A stretch of DNA of 32,000 bases. Source: Halalkalibacterium halodurans. Lineage in GTDB: Bacteria; Bacillota; Bacilli; Bacillales; Bacillaceae_D. Shown piece by piece: positions 1 to 7,125 of the stretch. The stretch lies in the NCBI RefSeq assembly GCF_004376175.1, contig NZ_SNUY01000004.1:1-32000 (forward strand), read 5' to 3'. The position numbers were made by a program, and so were the translations under genes. The notes under the pieces were generated by a model that was given only the letters and a program-made list of their open reading frames with translations, was not told the DNA's origin and made no database searches. The first letter of the stretch is position 1; each line of letters starts with the position of its first letter.

Positions 1-204
1 CTCAATCTCACCAAATAAACTGTCTATTTTTAGAGGCCGTTTATCTTTATAATGGAAGCGTTGCTTATCACGTTGTTGCATAATTTCTTCGTCATATTCC
101 TCTAGTATGCAGGTCATCACACTTGAGAAGGTTTCCTGTAACTTCCTCCAAACTAGCTGTTCAAGTTCTTTTAAAGTTGGGTATTCTGTGTTATTCTTTT
201 GCAT
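1..204 (-). CDS. ISLre2/UPF0236-type transposase, N-terminal 68 codons; the gene runs off the left edge of the window
   Basis: Minus-strand ATG at 202-204 with SD AAAGGAGA (rc of 211-218) 6 nt upstream. The translation MQKNNTEYPTLKELEQLVWRKLQETFSSVMTCILEEYDEEIMQQRDKQRFHYKDKRPLKIDSLFGEIE stays open to position 1. It resembles N-termini of UPF0236/ISLre2 transposases, recognised from memory and not searched. Confidence 0.5.
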   Translation of the reverse strand, partial: MQKNNTEYPTLKELEQLVWRKLQETFSSVMTCILEEYDEEIMQQRDKQRFHYKDKRPLKIDSLFGEIE

Positions 205-313
205 AGGGTTTCTCCTTTGAATCGGGTTTTTGTCGACTATGATTCTACCAAGGAGAGACCCTTTTTTCATGCATTTTGCTTAAACCCTACCGCGCTTTCG
301 CTTGGTGGCCTGC

Positions 314-347
314 TCAACCAGGTAATGAACTTCCATTACCTGGTTGA
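314..347. repeat. Perfect 14-bp inverted repeat with a 6-nt loop (hairpin) in non-coding DNA between the transposase start and the catalase gene
   Basis: TCAACCAGGTAATG (314-327) and CATTACCTGGTTGA (334-347) are exact reverse complements, with loop AACTTC between them. Confidence 0.7.
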
Positions 348-459
348 TCAGGTTATTTCTTCTCCCACAATCATTTTACTCATACCGTAACCAGTCATTT
401 GTTAGTTCTTATTGATCGAGCTTAATTTTAGTGATTCATTATGGTACGTGAAATTATTA

Positions 460-492
460 ATAAAAAAAGAGAAAATGGCCGTCCACTTTCTC
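460..492 (-). terminator. Rho-independent terminator of the Mn-catalase gene
   Basis: Arms GAGAAAATGG (469-478) and CCACTTTCTC (483-492) pair at 9 of 10 positions. An A-run at 462-468 gives a T-run on the minus strand. The structure overlaps the stop codon at 491-493. Confidence 0.5.
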
Positions 493-1336
493 AAAACATT
501 GGAGGTACGTGAGGTTTATCAACAATAGGTGTATTGTGTATATACGGTGGAGCTGGACGCAGACGGGGAATACGGCCAAATGCTCCTGGCTCAGCGACAT
601 ACGTAAATTCAGACAAGCTGTCCATGCTCGGACCGCTCGCCCACCTTCCTGTACTACTTTCATGCCCTTCTGATAAATTGAAAAACGTATGCGCTACTTC
701 TTGCTTTTCGAGGTGAGTTGGGAACGTGCTCGGTACGACGATATTCTCCTTTTCCTCAAGCTCACATATGGCTGCATACCATTGATTTTGATGCATGCGA
801 TCCCTCGCGATTAAGAACGATAGCATATCTCGAACTCCAGGATCTGTCGTCATTTCATACAAACGAACCGCCTGCAACCGTCCTTGCGATTCTGCCGTCA
901 AATTCATTCGAAAATCGGCTAATAAATTCCCGCTCGCAATAATATAATCAGCCGTCCATCGGTTGCCTACACTATCGGCTGGCATCGCACCGAGACCTGA
1001 TACGATCGCATGCTGGGGATTCATTCCTCCTAGGACAGCACCAATAACTGGGTTTTTTGCTGCTGCTTCTTGATCTCCTACAGGAGCCCCATCCAATAAA
1101 CGAGCGATCATCGTCGCAAGCATTTCCACATGAGCTAGTTCTTCTGTTCCCGTATCCATTAATAAATCTCGATACTTCCCATCCCCTCTCGTGTTCCACC
1201 CTTGAAACAAGTATTGCAAGGCGACGGAAATTTCACCGAATTGTCCACCGAGAATTTCTTGAAGCTTTTTAGCATAGACCGGATCAGGTCTTTCTGGCTT
1301 CGCATGATACTGCAAATGCTTCACATGATAAAACAC
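491..1336 (-). CDS. Manganese catalase family protein (YdbD/CotJC-like)
   Basis: 281-aa ORF with a GTG start and SD GGGAGG 7 nt upstream. N-terminus MFYHVKHLQYHAKPERPDPVYAKKLQEILGGQFGEISVALQYLFQGW...EELAHVEMLATMIARLL is typical of dimanganese catalases. Confidence 0.9.
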   Translation of the reverse strand: MFYHVKHLQYHAKPERPDPVYAKKLQEILGGQFGEISVALQYLFQGWNTRGDGKYRDLLMDTGTEELAHVEMLATMIARLLDGAPVGDQEAAAKNPVIGAVLGGMNPQHAIVSGLGAMPADSVGNRWTADYIIASGNLLADFRMNLTAESQGRLQAVRLYEMTTDPGVRDMLSFLIARDRMHQNQWYAAICELEEKENIVVPSTFPTHLEKQEVAHTFFNLSEGHESSTGRWASGPSMDSLSEFTYVAEPGAFGRIPRLRPAPPYIHNTPIVDKPHVPPMF

Positions 1337-1500
1337 GTTACCGCCTCCCAGTTATCATCTTTACCTTTCAGCCTATTCCTTCCCAGCCCGTCTTTATGTC
1401 AATTTTCGTCTATTTTTCTCTCGGCTAATTCATTTCCCCATACAGAAAAGCTCGAATGCACATAACGTAAAGAGACACTGTAATGGAGGAGGGAATGTAA

Positions 1501-1710
1501 ATGGATTTAAAACCCATGCTAGAAGTTGTCGTTGATCGGGTGTTAAAAAAACACGGAGTCACAGTACAAAATGTTCAGATCGACGAGCAGGAAAAAGCGA
1601 AAATTCGCCAGCTTTTGAAACAAGTCGAGTCTGATGTTGAAACCTTTTTGGCCAACCAACAAAAACGAATAAATAAAACAAACGATAACGACCAAGCTCC
1701 AGAAAAATAA
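1501..1710 (+). CDS. Small hypothetical protein (69 aa, predicted helical, charged), immediately upstream of the CotX-family gene
   Basis: ATG preceded by GGAGGAGGGAA. No overlapping better ORF. No family recognised. Confidence 0.5.
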   Translation: MDLKPMLEVVVDRVLKKHGVTVQNVQIDEQEKAKIRQLLKQVESDVETFLANQQKRINKTNDNDQAPEK

Positions 1711-1811
1711 GCAAAACAGCTAAAATTCAACGAAATCATCATGACAGTTTGTCCAAACGATTTTCCATTTCGTTCATACATTATCGTAGAAGGAAGAAAG
1801 GGGGAATAACA

Positions 1812-2294
1812 TTGGGTAGAAGAAAGCATTACGATTTGCGGCCAGTCGGGCAAGATAAAGTTGCAAACGGCTGGTGTGCTCTCGATCCAAAAGCGAAACA
1901 TCCATTATGCGATGGCCCAACTAATGACTTTACTCAAGAAGCAACTCAACAAAATAAAATGTTTCAGCTTAGCGATGAGTTGATCGTGATTAAAGATTCC
2001 TGTGACGTAAATGTCACAACTACTGATACCAAAGCAGCGGTAAACCTTCAAGCAGCATTACAAGCCGCACTCGTAATACTCATCTCGCTTGCGGTTGGTG
2101 ATTCGCCACAAACAGAGACCATTGCTCAAGAATTGCTACAAACTTCTCGTACAAAACAACTTTCATTCCAAAAAGTAATTGTTGGGAACTCTCGTAATGT
2201 TGATGTACAGACAACTGACACTCAAGCGGTGATTAACATTCAAATTTTATTACAACTGTTAATTGTGCTTGCGATTCGATTAGATATTTTATAA
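1812..2294 (+). CDS. Spore coat protein, CotX/CotV (Coat_X) family
   Basis: The motif D(S/R)x(D/N)V(N/D)VxTTDT(K/Q)A..N(L/I)Q..LQ occurs twice, and the C-terminus is LAIRLDIL, as in Bacillus CotX/CotV. I prefer the TTG start at 1812 (SD AAAGGGGG at 1797-1804, 7-nt spacing) over the longer track ORF starting at 1749. Confidence 0.7.
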   Translation: MGRRKHYDLRPVGQDKVANGWCALDPKAKHPLCDGPTNDFTQEATQQNKMFQLSDELIVIKDSCDVNVTTTDTKAAVNLQAALQAALVILISLAVGDSPQTETIAQELLQTSRTKQLSFQKVIVGNSRNVDVQTTDTQAVINIQILLQLLIVLAIRLDIL

Positions 2295-2298
2295 GTGA

Positions 2299-2336
2299 AA
2301 AACAGGCGGATCTTAATGGATTCGCCTGTTTTTTCA
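2299..2336 (+). terminator. Rho-independent terminator after the CotX-family gene
   Basis: AACAGGCGGATC..GGATTCGCCTGTT stem followed by TTTTT. Confidence 0.8.
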
Positions 2337-2472
2337 ATGATTAAAGAACGCGGATATCAAATGATGAATAATTTCGGGCACGTTTTTTGAAAGGCAGCTT
2401 TCTTATACATATTGCCTGAGGATTGCGGCATGTTAACAAACATACATATTTCCTTTGAAAGGAGACTTTCCT

Positions 2473-3252
2473 ATGGCGAATAAACACCATGTATATTGGT
2501 ATCGTCACCATATCGTGAACATCATCATGATTGTTGACTCCAAGACTTCCGATTGGATTCTCATCGATACAGGTCTGTTTTACTCAGAGGCCTTTATTTT
2601 AAAAAAGATTCGTCGTGTTTTGGGAGAGCTTATTCCCCCAAAAGCCATTATTCTGACCCATGGCCATTTTGACCACGTTGGGGCTCTTCGTCCATTGCTA
2701 CAGCGCTTTCCTAATGTTCCTGTTTATGCCCACGAACTTGAGCTCCCTTTCCTTACCGGACAAAGACACTACGTGAAACCTGACCCGTCCGTTCCCGGAG
2801 GGCTGATGGCAAAGCTCGCCTGGCTATATCCATATCATGCCTATGACTTTTCTCGCATTATTTGCCCGCTACCGGATGATGGTACACTGCCATTCTTTAC
2901 GGATTGGCGATGGATCCATACACCAGGTCATACAGAAGGACACGTTTCCCTCTTTCGCCCCAGCGATCGATTTCTCATCGCTGGAGATGCGTTTACGACC
3001 GTTAAACAAGAGTCTCTCCTTTCCGTTTTGGCCCAGAAAAAAGAAATTCACGGTCCGCCTGCTTACTTCACACCTGACTGGGAGTTAGCAAAAACGTCAG
3101 TGGAGACCCTTCAGAAGCTCGAGCCTGCCTTTGCTGTGACCGGACATGGACAAATGATGGAAGGAAGCTCTTTGCATTCTGGGTTAAAACGGTTAATCAG
3201 CCAGTTTGAACAAGTGGCCGTTCCAGACCATGGAAGATATGTTCCTGAATAG
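2473..3252 (+). CDS. MBL-fold metallo-hydrolase
   Basis: Contains the HGHFDHVGA (HxHxDH) motif, with later HTPGHTEGH and GD motifs. ATG at 2473 has SD GAAAGGAG 8 nt upstream. The track's TTG at 2455 lies inside that SD. Confidence 0.85.
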   Translation: MANKHHVYWYRHHIVNIIMIVDSKTSDWILIDTGLFYSEAFILKKIRRVLGELIPPKAIILTHGHFDHVGALRPLLQRFPNVPVYAHELELPFLTGQRHYVKPDPSVPGGLMAKLAWLYPYHAYDFSRIICPLPDDGTLPFFTDWRWIHTPGHTEGHVSLFRPSDRFLIAGDAFTTVKQESLLSVLAQKKEIHGPPAYFTPDWELAKTSVETLQKLEPAFAVTGHGQMMEGSSLHSGLKRLISQFEQVAVPDHGRYVPE

Positions 3253-3257
3253 TTTAC

Positions 3258-4130
3258 TTACTCTTTTGCTTTCTTTTGCAAAAAAGAGAATACCACTCGA
3301 TCAATTGTTTGAGTTCCTGTGCCCATCCGCCCTTCTAAATTCTCAGTGGCAATAAATTGCTGGAGGGCATCTCGCCAATGCTGAGTTAACGACAGGTAGC
3401 CCAATGAATGAAGGGATGATTTAATAATAGAAATCCGATCGTCAGTTAATGGTAATTGATCTTGTTCTTTAGGCTTGGCGAAATAAAGCTGCTGCAATTC
3501 AAATATTCTTTTCAGCTCTTGTATCGGCTCAGGATGATCGTCTACGCGTAAATCAATCAATCGGTCATTAAACCCACAATAGCCTCCTTTTTCCTTCACA
3601 ATGAGGAGCGCAGCCGACTGTTTTCCTCGTCGATCCCCTCCTGCGCACTGCCCTGCCTCCAATGTAAGAAGGAGGCGTTCCGCCAGCGATCCAGTCGTCT
3701 GAACAAACTTCTGGGCCATTGTTTTCACGGTCTCCTCGCTCACGAGGAGATTCCCTTGCACCGCAAAACAGGGGCCTGTCATACTTCCAGCCCATTCGTA
3801 GCATCCTTGACCTGTAAAACTCGCCGCTCGTCCTTTTGCATCAACGATTCCAACTTGCCTAAGATGTCGATCTGCATCTTCATTGATTAACAGTGCCAAC
3901 GTTTCCTCAGCCGTTTTACCACGGGCTAAAAAATCAAGCCCTTTAGATCCATAGCTCGTATTTGCATAGGATTGAGTGGCAATAGCCCCTACGCCTGCCT
4001 TCGCCCAAGGCACGATGGCACCTACGCCTAAAAACTTCGATTGTACGGCTATCCCCAGTTCATCCGATTTAGGGTCATAGCCGACAATGGAAAAAGTAGA
4101 TACAGACTGTTCCTTTCTACTCGTGTTCAC
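3258..4130 (-). CDS. DUF1028 family protein (Ntn-hydrolase-like)
   Basis: N-terminus ..TFSIVGYDPKSDELGIAVQSKFLGVGAIVPWAKAGVGAIATQS is typical of DUF1028. GTG start with SD GGAGGGA. It lies 22 nt downstream of the aminotransferase gene on the same strand. Confidence 0.7.
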   Translation of the reverse strand: MNTSRKEQSVSTFSIVGYDPKSDELGIAVQSKFLGVGAIVPWAKAGVGAIATQSYANTSYGSKGLDFLARGKTAEETLALLINEDADRHLRQVGIVDAKGRAASFTGQGCYEWAGSMTGPCFAVQGNLLVSEETVKTMAQKFVQTTGSLAERLLLTLEAGQCAGGDRRGKQSAALLIVKEKGGYCGFNDRLIDLRVDDHPEPIQELKRIFELQQLYFAKPKEQDQLPLTDDRISIIKSSLHSLGYLSLTQHWRDALQQFIATENLEGRMGTGTQTIDRVVFSFLQKKAKE

Positions 4131-4152
4131 GCCATCCCTCCATTCACCATGC

Positions 4153-5331
4153 CTAAGAAAAGTAAGATTTTAACTTCTTCAATACGGGTGCCGACCGTTC
4201 AATTTGTTCCATCGAAACACTGTAGGATAGCCTGAAGTGACCAGCCCGCCCAAAACCAATACCAGGTACAACAAGGAGCTGGAACTCTTCGGCTGCCACT
4301 TGACAAAACTTCGTATCATCAGCAATCGGTGACTTCGGAAAAATAAAGAATCCACCTTTCGGATAGACGAACTCAAACCCAGCATCTTCGAGGACTTGAA
4401 CCATGGCATCGCGACGCTTTTTGTATTCGTGCTGCTCCTGTGTCAACGTGTCCATTTTGCTTATCATACGTTGCACAGTGACGGTGGCATTTCCAAAACC
4501 GAGCGTGCGATTCGCAAAAACGAAGGCTGCCATATATTGCTCGACACTAGGAAAATCAGGTCTAATCGCGAGATATCCTAGCCGCTCCCCAGCCAAGCCT
4601 AGATCCTTACTGAAAGAAGAAATATAAAATAGGCGCTCAATTGCCGCAAAAGGATTTGGCACGTTACCATCGTAAATCAATTGACTATATGGATCATCAT
4701 AAAGAACATGGATTTCCGTTCCCCATTCTTGCTCTTTTGCAACTAAATATTGATTTAATCGCTCTAGGTCAGATTGAGGGATTAGCTGCCCCGTAGGGTT
4801 GTGGGGGTTGTTCAAGATGATCGCCTTAGTTTTCGGCGAAATCGCCTTTTCCAGTTCATTAAAATCAAAGGTGAAGTCTTCTGCTAGCGGACAGTAAACA
4901 GCAACACCATTCGCATTTCCTACATAGAATTTATATTCGGCAAAATACGGGGTAAATATAATCACTTCATCCCCCGGATTCATAATACTTTTTAAAGCAA
5001 CATTTAAAGCTCCAGCTGCACCTGACGTCATTGTCACGGTTTGGGCGGTTATGTTTGTGTTAAAACGACCATTCATATGCTCTGCCACTTTTTGTCTGGC
5101 TTCTGGTAATCCTTGATTCGGTATGTAACTATGACCACCTGGGATCGGAGCATTGGCATACGCCCGAAGTTGCTCAAAATAAGAAGCAGGCGGATCAATA
5201 ATTGGATTCCCGAGTGAAAAATCAAAAACATTTTCCGTTCCATGGATCGATTTAAGGCGTTGACCTTCCTCAAACATTTTTCGAATCCATGAACTTTGTG
5301 TTAAATTTTGTTCGATCTCTTTTGCGATCAT
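4153..5331 (-). CDS. Pyridoxal-phosphate-dependent aminotransferase, class I/II
   Basis: Shows SFSKDLGLAGERLGY (PLP lysine), NNPHNPTG and YDDPY motifs. The start is placed at ATG 5331 (SD AAAGGGAG, 7-nt spacing), because the predicted -10 box overlaps the longer-ORF ATG at 5364. Confidence 0.85.
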   Translation of the reverse strand: MIAKEIEQNLTQSSWIRKMFEEGQRLKSIHGTENVFDFSLGNPIIDPPASYFEQLRAYANAPIPGGHSYIPNQGLPEARQKVAEHMNGRFNTNITAQTVTMTSGAAGALNVALKSIMNPGDEVIIFTPYFAEYKFYVGNANGVAVYCPLAEDFTFDFNELEKAISPKTKAIILNNPHNPTGQLIPQSDLERLNQYLVAKEQEWGTEIHVLYDDPYSQLIYDGNVPNPFAAIERLFYISSFSKDLGLAGERLGYLAIRPDFPSVEQYMAAFVFANRTLGFGNATVTVQRMISKMDTLTQEQHEYKKRRDAMVQVLEDAGFEFVYPKGGFFIFPKSPIADDTKFCQVAAEEFQLLVVPGIGFGRAGHFRLSYSVSMEQIERSAPVLKKLKSYFS

Positions 5332-5362
5332 GTAAGCACTCCCTTTACTTATCCTTTCATTC

Positions 5363-5391
5363 ATTATAACGTGACTCCCTTAGAGTGTCAT
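5363..5391 (-). promoter_or_regulatory. SigmaA-type promoter of the aminotransferase-DUF1028 operon
   Basis: The minus strand reads ATGACA-17 nt-TATAAT (-35 at 5386-5391, -10 at 5363-5368). Confidence 0.55.
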
Positions 5392-5438
5392 TGTTCATAC
5401 CGAGCAACAAAAAAGATTTCAAAACAGTAAAAAAGCAA

Positions 5439-5468
5439 TTGAATACGGACAAAGCGCTCATGTATAAT
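5439..5468 (+). promoter_or_regulatory. Orphan sigmaA-like promoter on the plus strand with no downstream ORF; candidate sRNA/antitoxin promoter
   Basis: TTGAAT (5439-5444), an 18-nt spacer, then TATAAT (5463-5468). The next plus-strand gene is about 1.4 kb away, beyond two minus-strand genes. Confidence 0.35.
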
Positions 5469-5578
5469 GAAAAATGGAGATTGTTAAAATCCTATTTTCT
5501 GTTAAACTAAAAGTATAGTAGCTTGTCTTCTAAAAGTAATTCTCTCATCACCGAGTTCCTCATCGACTATTTCACTCA

Positions 5579-5610
5579 TAAAAAAGGACCAAGTATGGCA
5601 GTACTTGGTC
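5579..5610 (-). terminator. Rho-independent terminator (minus strand) about 100 nt downstream of the small toxin-like ORF
   Basis: GACCAAGTA (5587-5595) and TACTTGGTC (5602-5610) form a perfect 9-bp stem. On the minus strand it is followed by CTTTTTTA. Confidence 0.6.
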
Positions 5611-5708
5611 AATACCCAGCTAGCTTGATTTTCAGTCGGGACTGACCTTTTAGTCGTCGCCTTCACAAATTGAAATAACACCTCATCCTACAGGCAAAAC
5701 AGTGAAGG

Positions 5709-5816
5709 TTACTTCTTTTTGTTAAAAAAGACGACTATACTGAGAACAAACGTCAACGTCGCAAGCAAAATCGAGTTGACTTGCACGACGATGCTTAACG
5801 TTTCATAAACGGTCAT
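5709..5816 (-). CDS. 35-aa hydrophobic peptide, Hol-Tox-like candidate type I toxin
   Basis: Absent from the ORF track because it is under 60 aa. ATG at 5816 with SD GGGGGTGG just upstream. Translation is MTVYETLSIVVQVNSILLATLTFVLSIVVFFNKKK: one TM helix plus a KKK tail. The N-terminal MTVYE.L resembles the Firmicute putative holin-like toxin family (from memory). Confidence 0.5.
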   Translation of the reverse strand: MTVYETLSIVVQVNSILLATLTFVLSIVVFFNKKK

Positions 5817-5876
5817 TGAACCACCCCCTTCTAGGAAGTGGTCAGTCCCTGCGCTTTCAACCTAACTGTTAATTAA

Positions 5877-5885
5877 ATTTTAACA
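5877..5885 (-). promoter_or_regulatory. Extended -10 element (TGtTAAAAT) about 60 nt upstream of the toxin-like ORF
   Basis: The minus strand reads TGTTAAAAT. The -35 is poor (TAGTAA). A second extended -10 (TGgTACAAT, rc of 6085-6093) lies further upstream. Confidence 0.3.
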
Positions 5886-6093
5886 GAAATTTCCGACCTT
5901 TACTACGCAGCAACACTGAAAGAATGCCATTTAACTGAAAATAATGAAAATTACCTAAATTTTCATATCCTTCATTTAATCTTCCACGATCATGCATAAA
6001 AATGAACTCTCTTTCTGTCGAACCGATAATGAATTAGCCCTACTATAATGAAATTTTTTCCTATGTACGAGCCTTACGACTGATATTGTACCA

Positions 6094-6126
6094 CAAAAAA
6101 TCAGCCCCTTCATTATGAAGGAGCTG
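6094..6126 (-). terminator. Rho-independent terminator of the 126-aa hypothetical gene
   Basis: CAGCCCCTTCA (6102-6112) pairs with TGAAGGAGCTG (6116-6126) with one mismatch. An A-run at 6094-6100 gives a T-run on the minus strand. Confidence 0.65.
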
Positions 6127-6157
6127 TCTCATTAACGGCTAGTCTATGGTAAGATCA

Positions 6158-6538
6158 TCAAAAAAAGCGGGCATATTTACCTTCCATTCCATTCGTTCGC
6201 TTTCCACCAAATTGGTTTACATAGCCCAATAAAATAAGGAGACCAATCAAAGGAGTACGTTCTGGTGCCTCAATTTCCAATCCTATAAAGCCTTTACTTT
6301 TTGCCACTTCCTCAGCGGCATGAATAATGGATAAAACCAGTTCTCGATTCGTCCAATCAATGACATCTGCTACTGAATAGCTGATGCAAAGTGTCTGTCT
6401 CGCACTTGCTTTAAAATGCACTGTTCCCTTTTCAAGTGTAACCGCAACACATGATCGTTCCTCTTCGATGTTCGTTGCTTCATTTGGAATTAAGCGTATG
6501 ATGGGTTCTATATCTTTTCTAAAAATAGGAATAAACAT
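6158..6538 (-). CDS. Hypothetical protein (126 aa)
   Basis: ATG with AAAGGTGA upstream and its own terminator. The segment ELVLSIIHAAEEVAKSKGFIGLEIEA is faintly GNAT-like, but no family is assigned. Confidence 0.6.
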   Translation of the reverse strand: MFIPIFRKDIEPIIRLIPNEATNIEEERSCVAVTLEKGTVHFKASARQTLCISYSVADVIDWTNRELVLSIIHAAEEVAKSKGFIGLEIEAPERTPLIGLLILLGYVNQFGGKRTNGMEGKYARFF

Positions 6539-6666
6539 ATCATCACCTTTATACCTTTCTATCTTTAAAGCGAACCATATGTATTATTTAAATTCGTCAT
6601 GTTTTGTCTCCATCCTCCTAAAATCGACAATCAATTTATTTAAATATAAATATATTGCTTTATCTA

Positions 6667-6724
6667 TTGTAGCAACTCTTATTTGTTATGCCAACTTGTA
6701 GCAACTCTTATTTGTTATGCCAAC
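6667..6724. repeat. Perfect tandem direct duplication, 2 x 29 bp
   Basis: TTGTAGCAACTCTTATTTGTTATGCCAAC occurs at 6667-6695 and again, identical and abutting, at 6696-6724. It lies in the divergent intergenic region. Confidence 0.95.
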
Positions 6725-6858
6725 AAAATTTTAATTCCCCCCCTTTTTTCACGGAATGTATTTTTATTCAATTTCGTGTTTTTTTCATTTACACATATTT
6801 CACTGTCATTGCTGCAAACTAACGATACAAACCATACTTCCCGAGGTGAAAGCAGCAA

Positions 6859-7125
6859 ATGAATTTATCAATTCAACAAAAAAATACGATTTGTGTCATT
6901 ATTTTACTTATTTTAATGTTACTCCCTGTTTGGGCAGCAATGGTGTCTCCTCTTGATTTCCAAGGTGCCTTGAAGCTATTCCCATTAGACTTCTCATTGT
7001 TCTTTGCCTTTTTAATGGGCGGAATCATCGTAAATTACACATTACGATCATCCAAGTTTATGATCGTCATTATGATTGTCGCTGCAATTGGACTTGCCGT
7101 TATTGCCTACGGCTTTATCGTTTAA
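6859..7125 (+). CDS. Small integral membrane protein (88 aa, 3 predicted TM segments)
   Basis: ATG with SD GAGGTGA 9 nt upstream. Hydrophobic throughout. No family recognised. Confidence 0.6.
   Translation: MNLSIQQKNTICVIILLILMLLPVWAAMVSPLDFQGALKLFPLDFSLFFAFLMGGIIVNYTLRSSKFMIVIMIVAAIGLAVIAYGFIV

Noticed and set aside
199-390. 63-aa plus-strand ORF from the track
   Set aside because: It has a TTG start and no SD. It begins inside the SD/start region of the minus-strand transposase and runs through the 14-bp hairpin. Most likely non-coding.
1749-1811. N-terminal extension of the CotX-family ORF (track start 1749)
   Set aside because: TTG at 1749 has no SD, and the extension (MSKRFSISFIHYRRRKKGGIT) has no coat-protein character. 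TTG 1812 has a well-spaced AAAGGGGG.
5869-5997. 42-aa minus-strand ORF (MHDRGRLNEGYENLGNFHYFQLNGILSVLLRSKGRKFLLKFN) upstream of the toxin-like ORF
   Set aside because: It has only a weak SD (AAAGAGAG), no recognisable family, and overlaps the predicted toxin promoter. I kept it as part of the possible long 5' leader rather than calling a gene.
6384-6701. 105-aa plus-strand ORF
   Set aside because: It is antisense to the better-supported 6158-6538 gene and runs into the A/T-rich intergenic repeat. It has no SD.
6667-6724. Possible CRISPR or TSD interpretation of the 29-bp repeat
   Set aside because: There are only two abutting copies with no spacer, no cas genes are nearby, and 29 bp is far too long for a target-site duplication.
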